This document shows, one piece after another, positions 54,301 to 64,000 of a stretch of DNA of 64,000 bases. Position numbers and translations under genes: made by a program. The notes under the pieces were generated by a model. That model was not told where the DNA came from. It made no database searches and saw only the letters and a list, made by a program, of their open reading frames with translations. Source of the stretch: Cycas panzhihuaensis (lineage: Eukaryota > Plantae > Cycadophyta); contig CM041465.1 in the NCBI GenBank assembly GCA_023213395.1, forward strand, positions 131,819,741 through 131,883,740. The letters run 5' to 3'. Every line of letters starts with the position of its first letter. Position 1 is the stretch's first letter.

Positions 54301-57300
54301 GACCCATACCTTTCTAAAGTAATCATCTATAAATGTGATAAAGTACAATGATCCTCCATAATATATTATACAGTTTGATCCCCACACATCTAAATGTACA
54401 TAATCCAGAACACCTTTACTAGTGTGACTCCCTACTTTAAACCTAAGTCTATACTACTTTCCAAAAATATAATGTTTACAAAAAGTCAAATCTGAAAGTT
54501 GTAAGTTAAGAAGCAACTTATAGTTCATCAACACCTTGAGTCCTCTCTCACTCATGTGTCAAAGTCTCTGATTCCATAATTAAGCTGGATCTTTTATAGT
54601 CTTTGATACTATAACTGCATGGCTTACATTTATACTTCTAACTAAAATATAAAGGTTTCCTTTCTTTAAGGCTTTCATAACAACCAAGGCATCCTTTGAC
54701 ACCTTCAAGACCCCTTTATGACTTGTGTACTTATAACCACCAGAATCTAGTTTACCCAAAGAAACTAGATTCCTTTTTAGATTAGGTACATGTCTAACTT
54801 CATTTAATATTCACACTACACCATCAAATATTTTAATTATGATGCTACGAATACCCATTGTCTTATAAGAAACTTCATTTTTCAGAAGTACATCACCATC
54901 ATCAAGAGGTTGGTATGATGAAAACCAACTGTTATATGGATATATGTGGTGTGAAGCACTTAAATCTAATAACCAATCATGATGATAATGGGAAATATTA
55001 CAAGCAACCAAGATATCATTATCCATAACTTGATTTGACTCTACCTAATTAACCTCCTTGCAAGGATCTTCCTTTTTCTGGAACTCCTTCCTTTTGTATC
55101 AATCCTTCTTAAGATGACCTATCTTATTACAGTGCCACTATCTGAGCTTACTCTTCTTGCCTCTTGACTTTGACCTTGATATGTCCATGGAGCTTTGTGC
55201 TCTCTCAATCATTCTGCCCTTAATGTCATAGTTTCTGATATAGAGGTTTCAAGACTAGACTTCCTCCTCACTTCTTTCGTCAGCAAAGTACTCACAATAG
55301 AATCATAGTCTAATTCATTTGTAATGTTAAAACTAATTGAGGTAACAATATTATCCTAAGATTCTGGTAATGAATATAACAAGGTCATAGCCTTATCCTC
55401 ATCCTCAATCATGGTATCGATACTAGCCAACTGATAAATAAGAGTATTAAAAATATTTAAATGATCAAGAATTTTTATACCTTCCTTCATCCATAATTAG
55501 TATAATGCCTCTTCAAGTAGATTTGAGTCGTCATTGATTTGGTCATATATAAGCCTTCTAACTGGGTCTATAATATTGTTGTTCTCTTCTCCCCTGTAAT
55601 GTTAAATAAAACTTTATTTGTCAAGTATAATCATATTATGCTAAGAGCCCTTTTATTAAGATCATCCCATTCATCATCATCTATCCCTGTGGGTTTCTTC
55701 AATTCGCGTGCAAGAGCTTTGTACAAACTTTATTGTACCAAAACATCATATGCTTCCAGCTTCTATAACTCGAAGTTATTCTTTCCATTGAATTTCTCCA
55801 TCTCAAATTTTACATTCATCAGTTTTACCATTTGGTGAAAACAAAAATAATACCAAAACTTTCATAAACTCACTACAAAAATAAAAGTGAATTTGATACT
55901 ACTTATTAAGAAAACTGGGTCCTAATAACCGAAAACTGCCACCAAGATCTACACTATTTTGTAACTAATTACAAGAATTAAAACTAAAATTTAGCTTGTA
56001 AGTTCTTACACTAAGATAATACAATAAATTAATTAAAAAGCTAAAGCATCACATATACACCAAATATAACATGGTAAAACCCTAGCAGTATGTTAGGGAA
56101 ACATCCACACAAGAAAGCTATTGATCTTTATTATCTAAGAATAAATAAATATACCTAATCTATAGTAGAATCATCACAACAACAATAACCAACTGCATCT
56201 TCTCATTACAGTACATCCAATACATCAAATACCATCAACATAATAAAAAAACATCCTAAATCAAGTTATATGAGAGAGTCATACAAGGTACAAATCTTAA
56301 CCATCAAATCTAGGGTATTTTAAATGAATGACCCTAATTCTCTTTATAATTTAGTATGTTTTACAGTGCTAACTCTTTGGATGAGGGGCTACTACCCCTG
56401 AACCCCCTCTTTGCAAGGGGGTTCTAGCTCCCCCCATACCCCTTGGCTAAGGGAGGCTCCTACCCCCCGGATCCTCTCGCAGAAGTTTGAGTGAGAAACC
56501 ACATTACCAACCTATCAAAATTTTAGCTTCCAAAACATTGTTGTCATATTATCTAACAGAAATAATAAATTTTAGAATCTCTTTGGATGGATATGAGAAT
56601 TTGTGTAAGTTTTTTTTACCACAACACTTCTTAAGAAAGATAGATAGATGAAGGATTAGTAATAAATATTCTTTATAACAAAAAAAAAAGACTTTAATAC
56701 ATTTGTAGAAATGGTTTTTAGATAAAATAGAAAAAAAATAATATTAGTAGTAAGAAAGTGAATAAGATTAAGAAGTATGAGATGGGGTTCTATCAGGGGT
56801 AATACTAAGTGATGAAACCTAATGAATAGATTAAAATTATAAAATACACTATTGAGGATGGTCTGGAGGGGGTGAAGGTGTATATAAGTAAAGAATTGAG
56901 CTAGGATTATAAACTAGAGTTGGGATTTATCCTATGAAAATACTAGAGTTAAGGGGATTAGGATTATGGCTAACTATGGCATAGAGAAAAGAAGGTTTTT
57001 CTACTACTATTAAACTTGGGAAAGAGAGAGGACAGACTAAACTACCAAATGAAATATGCATATATAACAGAAGAATAATAAGTACCTTGCATGAAGTTTA
57101 TTTAAATTCTTCTTTAATATCTAGTTGTTCTTTCACTTGTTCTCCCATGTCTTCATGCTACTCCTATGTAACTTCATCCTAAGTCTCTTTCTTAATCTTG
57201 ATTTGAGAATTTTCTATCATATGTGCCTACTTCAAGTCTTTTGTATGGTCATGTTATTCCCTCTAGATTGGTTCTTGTTCTAGCTCCTACAAAATATTTG

Positions 57301-57815
57301 TTTCTTTTTATTATATTTTTATTAATTCATCTAGTAATTTCAGTGCTTTAATGTCCTTACGAAAGCCTTAGATATATGCAAATTAGAATCAATACCAATT
57401 GCAGAGTATAGATGCTTCTTTAGACCAGTTTATGAACTAATCAATAGTACTTCCTTCTAGAAAGCATTTTAATAATGGCCTACATTCTTTGATTTTTGTA
57501 TCCCATAAGGATTCACAATAGACCTCAAGGCTTTCTAGCTAATCCTTTACCTCCTTCTCACTATTTAGATTAAAAAAATATAGCTCTATTTTTCCCTTTC
57601 AGTAACAATGGATAGTCAACTTATTTTGGTCAAAATAAGTTACAACTTTATCAATTAAAATTTATAACATCCATTGGTCAAAGCAATCATATATGACCAC
57701 TCGTAATGATCATCTCTAAACTGCAAACATAATAGTTCATACAAGACTACAATTCGACAGCTATAGCATGAGTTATAGATGAAAATATCTAGTAAACCTT
57801 AATAAAAATTAAACT
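51314..57815 (-). mobile_element. Truncated gypsy-like element Z (3' LTR 51314-51836, PPT, internal remnant), interrupted by copia C
   Basis: Interrupts the Y' 3' LTR. TGTAAT…GCTACA termini. The minus strand reads GAGGGGAGGGAGT-TGTAGC (PPT then LTR). Gag-like remnant FLEGSTID*F at ~57460. The second LTR and TSD are not found. Confidence 0.55.
52276..56558 (-). mobile_element. Internally deleted copia C, same family as B
   Basis: LTRs at 52276-52934 and 55904-56558. TSD gaaag/gaaat. PPT at 52935. PBS remnant 55891-55901. Colinear with B but lacks RNase H and much of the integrase core. Confidence 0.88.
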
Positions 57816-59830
57816 ATATATATATAGGTTGACTAAGTGGCTCCTAGAATGTGATTGGATAGTTAGTTGGCAACACGTACTATAGATAAGTACTAGTTTG
57901 ACATAATATAATTAGAAGTGGTCATTTCGCACAAGTATCTTATGGTATATATTTACACATATTATTTTTCTATTTGTTCACCTACGTGTCTTATATTTTA
58001 TAGTCTTATATGATCTTGGACCTATTATTGGATGTTTATTTCTAATAAGTGGTATTAGAGTTGTCTTTACTTGTACCCTACTTTTTATACCATAATGATA
58101 TTTGTAGCAGCCACTTTGGTGACTAATCTATTACTCAACACAACCTCTACTTAGGTTATTATTAGTCTACTTTATTCAAAGATGGGAACACTTATATCCA
58201 AAAGCATAAGAAGTACTAAGTTCACTCCTTCCTTATTTACCAACTAGCCACTCCTATAATAGTTATCCTCTCACCATGGTCATTCTCCAAATGGGGCCTT
58301 GATCTCATTAGGAAAATACACCCTCTATTATCTAGTGATCATAAATTCATTTTAACTACCATAAAATATTTTACTAGGTGGAGTAAACCCATCCTATGTA
58401 GCATAATAACTAGGAAGGTGAGCACTGCATTCATCTTCTAGCATATTATTTATAGTTTTACAATCCCATATGTCATCATTAATGAAAATAAGACTTCATT
58501 TTGTAATGCCTATATTAATGAGCTATGCAACAAGTTGCACATAATGCACAAAACATCATCTCCCTATGACCCATAAGCTAATCACCAAATTAAAGCATTT
58601 AACAAGACTTTAGCTTAAATGGTGGCCTCCCCTCATTGTAATTAGCACACCAAACTCTTTCTAACTTTGTAGGCATATCACATCTCAATAAGGAATGCTA
58701 TAGGGATGAAACTTTTCTCCTTAGTCTATGGCACAAAATCCATTCTTCTCTTGAAGATGGAGATCCCCTCCCTTCACTTAAATATTTTACTTATAAAGAA
58801 TGATCGAGATAAACCAAGCTATTAGAGTTAGAAAAGATAGATGAAACTTGCCTCAAATCCTATCAAAGAAACTCCACTTCCAAAAAAAAGGCTCAAGCAG
58901 CTCACGAAATACATTTAAGAATTCAAAAGGTTCAAGTAGGTAAGAAAGTGCTAAAATTATAATACCTTCATGATAAACAAAAGAAGTTTGCTCCTAAACA
59001 GGTTAGCCATACCTTATTATTAAAGACTTAGACAATGGGACTTACCACTTGGCCACTCTTGAGAGTCTTGAATTCTAAAAGATTATAATTCTCAATATTT
59101 AAGGAAATGTTATGCATAGCCTAATTAGGCATTACTTTGAAATGAGGGTAAAGCACACACACTTTGTAAATGAGCATAAACTATAGTTTTCTTCTTCCTA
59201 AGCCTAGTGCCTAGGGGTACTATACCTTATGCCCTTTCATAAGGCATGGGTTACTTTAAACTTTAAAAGGAAAGTTAGGAGCCATATTGAACCAAGTGCG
59301 ACAAACTCAGGAATAAAAGAAAGTGTATAAAAGGATAGAACCATAAGAGAATCATGGACCAAGTAGGGCCTTAATAGGGATCAAGTCCCTTAAAGCTTCA
59401 TGCACCTAGAAACAACTAAAGGAGAATCTATCACACATAGGAGATTAGGCTTGCTACATAGATCCCTCAATCTATTTAGTAAATAATGAATTTTGTCTCT
59501 AGAATCATCATATAAACATTAGTCAGCTAGGGTCCCCTAATATTGATAGGGATTTATATGACTCTTCTTATATGTGTCTACTAAATTATACTTAACCTCT
59601 TGTTTTAGGGAAAGCCAATGTAATTTAGATTTTTATATCTAAGTTTAGTGTTATTTGATTTATTCTATGGCCTTATCTCTTAAATAAATCAACTAACCCT
59701 AAACTTGTAGCAACGGAACATTTAACCCCTCCTAGTTCCTCCCTCCTAATCTTAAGAATGTCATCTACATCTCTATGCTAATATTGTCTTTCCCTTTAAG
59801 GTTTCTTCACTCTAGAATCAAGTATAAACT

Positions 59831-60454
<624 letters not shown>

Positions 60455-60455
60455 T

Positions 60456-61350
60456 AACTCTGAGTCACCTCCTTTTAAGGAGGGGCAAGGAGCCGAGTTG
60501 GCAAGGCTGAGGCTTAGTTAGGTGCTTATGAAATAAGGCTGCTCAGGTTCGAGGCACCTGCATTGCATTTGCACTTATACGAACCTCAAAGGTTGCTGAG
60601 CAACTCTGAGTCACCTCCTTTTAAGGAAGGGCAAGGAGCTGAGTTGGCGAGGCTGAGGCTTAGTTAGGCGCTTATGAAGCAAGGCTACTTGGATTCAAGG
60701 CACCTACATTGCATTTGCACTTATACGAACCTTAGAGGTTGCTAAGCAACTCTAAGTCACCTCCTTAGAAGGAGGGGCAAGGAGCCGAGTTAGTGAGGCC
60801 GAGGCTTAGTTAGGCGCTTATGAAGTAAGGTTGCTCGGGTTCGAGGCACCTGCATTGCATTTGCACTTATACGAACCTTAGAGGTTGCTAAGTAACTCTG
60901 AGTCACCTCCTTTTAAGGAGGGGCAAGAAGCCAAGTTGGCAAGGCTGAGGCTTAGTTAGATGCTTATGAAGCAAGGCTGCTCGGGTTCGAGGCACCTGCA
61001 TTGTATTTGTACTTATACGAACCTCAGAGGTTGCTAAGGAACTCTGAGTCACCTCCTTTTAAGGAGGGGCAAGGAGCCAAGTTGGTGAGGCTGAGGCTTA
61101 GTTAGGTGCTTATGAAGCAAGGCTGCTCGAGTTCGAGGCACCTACATTGCATTTGCACTTATATGAACCTCAGAGGTTATTAAGCAACTCTAAGTCACCT
61201 CTTTTTAAGGAGGGGCAAGGAGCTGAGTTGGTGAGGCTAAGGCTTAGTTAGGCGCTTATGAAGCAAGGCTACTCAGGTTCGAGGCACCTGCATTGTATTT
61301 GCACTTATACAAACCTCAGAGGTTGCTAAGCAACTCTGAGTCACCTCCTT
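60456..61350 (+). repeat. Tandem array of six 146-bp monomers plus a partial seventh, probably the LINE 5' UTR
   Basis: AACTCT(G/A)AGTCACC recurs at 60456, 60602, 60748, 60894, 61040, 61186 and 61332. Confidence 0.97.
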
Positions 61351-61970
61351 CAATTGAAGGTTTATACATTGAATCGATGTGGCGGCAAATGGAACAAAGA
61401 CGAATCAGGATCGAATGTGATCGGGCTAGGGTTAGCAGGGGCAGGCGTCGAAGGAGGGGGGGCTCCCCCTAGAAGGAAGCTGCGATGGCGTAAGGCCACA
61501 GAAAGACCTAGTATTCATCAAGGAAGGGAAGGCAGGTAGGTGTGCTTGAACTCTGGGGCTAACAGAGTAAGACTTGCAGTGAGGAGAAGCGACGGTGAAG
61601 GATGGGAAGCCCTGGCAAGGGAGGGCGATGGGAATAAGGATAAAGACAAAGGTAGAACAGCGATAGGCCAGACAAATGGTCAGGCGATAGAGAAAAGAGG
61701 TAGGGAAAGAAAGATGCACCATAAATACACAGTGTCTCCACAGATAGTTTATTCTGAGGGTGTCAGAGAGTACTCAGTCTCTTCCTCCGAAGGGATTGTA
61801 GCCACAGGTGTGTCAGCCAAAGAAGGTACCTGTCTGTCCTAGGTTAGTACTCCAGAATATTCAAGGAGGAAGAAAGCCAAGGCAGGAAAAGGGAAAGTCT
61901 ATGCAAAGATCTACAGCTGCAATTTAGTGGTGAGTATATGTAGTTATTACAAGATTTTTCTATTTTCTAA

Positions 61971-63545
61971 ATGATGAGAGTCTCACCAAACCAGTCTCAG
62001 TCCTCACCCCTGGGGAGGACTTACCTTGATGTTTTGAGAAATGGGAACCATGAAGAACATGAAATTTATCCTGTCAAGATTAGAAACAGATTTAAAATCT
62101 CTATCCTGAAAGAAGTAACTAAAAAGACTATCCAATATTGGGAAAATAGCCTGGTGGGTAGGTTTTCAGGTCCCAGACCAGGGTTGAACATCATCAGAGA
62201 GTGGATCAGAAATAAATGGAAAACTAGAAACCTGATTCAGGTTATGGCAATGTCGAAGGGATGCATCCTCTTTAGGTTTGCTAACCAGGAGGATTTGATC
62301 CCTATCCTTCTTAAACCCCCATGGATGTTTGGGAGGAAGGCCATATCCCTAGAGAAGTGGCACCCAGATTTCGACCCTAGAATTCCTGTGGTAAAACAAC
62401 CCCCAGTATAGGTGCAGATGCCAGGGCTCCCCCTGCACTTTTGGAACCCGGAGATAGTTAAAGGGGCGGCCAGGATAATAGGGCCTTTACTAACTATGGA
62501 CTCAGCCACAAAACATAGATCCCACTTGATGAACGCTAGATTCTGTGTCTTGGCTAGGTTGGATAGTGAGCTCCCAGATGAGGTCAAGATTAAGTCAGAC
62601 GGTAGATCTATCATTCAAAGTTTATACTTTGAAGTGGAGGGTTTCAGATGTGCAAAGTGTAAGGGAAGGGGGCATCTACCTTTTCAATGCCCAGGGGTTC
62701 CAGTAAGGATGGACAATTAGGAAGAATGTAAAGAGAAAGAGGATGGAGTAGCAGAAGTAAGCAGGGGCGAGGCCTCGGCAGCAGGCACCAAAAGGTTAGG
62801 TAAGGCAGTGGACATAAATGAGTTAGGAAAAGGAACTGAGGTATCCAGAGGTGCAGAGCTTATTATTATTGACGATAAGCCCCACGCATTAGGCCAGGAA
62901 GTCATCTTGGAATCAGGCTTCGTATCGGTAAGTCCCATAGAGAAAACAAAGGTTGGAGAGAAACTAGCTGATAAGGTAGTTCAGGAAGGCAGTAACAAGG
63001 AAACAGTGGTAATAGAGGCTAGAAGGGGAGAAACCAAAAGTGTAGAGGATGGTAGGAACATGGGACTAGCTCCGAGCTTGGAACAAGGATTGAGGCCAAA
63101 GGGCTCTAAAGATCAGATAAAGGATGCTGGTCAGACATATGGGGGTGGGGATTTTTCCCCAACAGCTGTAGAGCCAGCTTTGGCTTGGCTTGTGAAGAAT
63201 ATTAACTGGGATTTAGAGGATTACTTCTCAGAGACAGAAGAGAGGGGACCTCAGGAGACGCCCCAAGCGGAGGGGCAGGTAGGTAATGTAACTAAGGGAG
63301 CTACTGGAACTGGGGTTAAAGTTATGGATCCAGAAAAGGGAGGAGGCGGGACACGAAAATGGGTCTCAAAAATGCCAGATTCGAGGAAGGTTCTAGACTA
63401 TGGGATAGAAAAGAAGGTGGGAAGACCACCTAAAAAGGCAACCAGAGAAAAGAAAACTCAGGCTCAGATCGACATGGGATACCAGAGTACGTTAAAGGAG
63501 GGGGGAGCGTTGGAGGGCCCTATCCTCAAAAGCAAGAAAGGATGA
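61971..63545 (+). pseudogene. LINE ORF1 (DUF4283 and CX2CX4HX4C knuckle) with two in-frame TAG stops
   Basis: ORFs 61971.., 62412.. and 62808.. share one frame. LVGRFSGPRP…W…FRF…PWMFG…L.KW.PDF.P, PV*VQMPGLPLHFW, CAKCKGRGHLPFQC. Confidence 0.9.
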
Positions 63546-63567
63546 TGGGAGGGCTTCCAGGATATCC

Positions 63568-64000
63568 ATAAAGGTTTTATCCTAGAATATAAGGGGCCTT
63601 AATGCCCCTTCAAAGTACAGACCAGTAAAGGAATTAAGGATTAGGACAGGCATGGATCTAGTCCTCTTGTAGGAGACTAAAATGGACCAGGCTAAGGAAA
63701 GAGAGGTGTTCAACAAGATCTGGAGAAGGGGAGATGGGAGGATGGTTGTAGGATCAGCAGACTCTGGGGGGTTGGCCTCCCTATGGAACCCAAATAGGTG
63801 GAAAGGTTATGTAGTGGGCATGAGTGAACACTACATAACCTTATGGTTGGCATACGCGCTAACTAATAAGGAGTACTAGATCACAAATGTTTATGCTCCC
63901 ATTTCTGTTGAGGGAAGGAAGAGATTATGGGAAAGACTGGTGGAGGCTCACAAAGATTGGGATGGTCCCTGGCTGGTGGGAGGGGACTTCAATACGCCCC
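63568..64000 (+). pseudogene. LINE ORF2 N-terminus (APE-type endonuclease), disrupted and partial
   Basis: IKVLS*NIRGLNAP…LVLL*ETKM…SGGL..LW…ITNVYAP…PWLVGGDFN. Confidence 0.9.

Larger units (their letters stand above)
48837..58089 (+). mobile_element. Non-autonomous LTR element Y', copy 2 (5' LTR 48837-49200; 3' LTR 51210-51313 plus ~57827-58089)
   Basis: Same insertion site as Y. TSD tcaca (48832-36) / ccata (58090-94). PBS TGGTATTAGAGCC at 49203. Confidence 0.8.
42340..59120 (+). mobile_element. Non-chromoviral gypsy element G', copy 2 (INT split by Y', INT ends ~59118)
   Basis: Colinear with 16200-22675 and 30846-31506 (~80-85% identical in a by-eye sample). INT at 58090-59118 (WGLDLIRKIHP, YFTRW, SLVYGTKSIL.L.MEIPSL, NGTYHL). 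Confidence 0.8.
60456..64000 (+). mobile_element. 5' part of an L1-clade LINE (continues beyond the window)
   Basis: Tandem 5' repeats, ORF1 with DUF4283 and zinc knuckle, ORF2 APE endonuclease start. Inclusion of the array in the element is inferred from adjacency. Confidence 0.85.

Noticed and set aside
60500-60560. Functional tRNA genes in the monomers
   Set aside because: Only A/B-box-like motifs are present. I could not build a full cloverleaf with an acceptor stem.
60456-61350. CRISPR-like regularly spaced palindromic repeats
   Set aside because: The entire 146-bp unit repeats with no unique spacers, there are no cas genes, and the context is eukaryotic.
61354-61842. Arg/Gly-rich ORFs upstream of LINE ORF1 as a separate gene
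   Set aside because: Short, non-ATG starts, purine-rich low-complexity sequence and no motif. More likely LINE 5' UTR or a decayed ORF1 extension.

Overview
The window is repeat-dense plant nuclear DNA. A large-genome lineage such as a gymnosperm is likely, but that is inference. I found no intact host gene, RNA gene or CRISPR array. Almost all of it is nested, decayed retrotransposons: several non-chromoviral Ty3/gypsy elements, chromovirus-like gypsy remnants, Ty1/copia elements (one structurally complete, 34859-40197), two L1-type LINE pieces and microsatellites. Much of the window is an old tandem duplication (13457-31506 and 31502-58738), and each copy later gained different insertions. 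The most notable object is a 5.35-kb non-autonomous LTR element (25179-30527) with both LTRs, PBS, PPT and an AGTAC target-site duplication (TSD). Between its PBS and a gag remnant it carries antisense fragments of host genes: RBP45/47, canonical histone H2A and probably WVD2-like/TPX2. The second is an L1 LINE whose 5' end is six exactly 146-bp monomers with hairpins and Pol III A/B-box-like motifs, abutting a ~570-bp TA microsatellite. Identities are by-eye estimates and family calls come from remembered motifs, not database searches.
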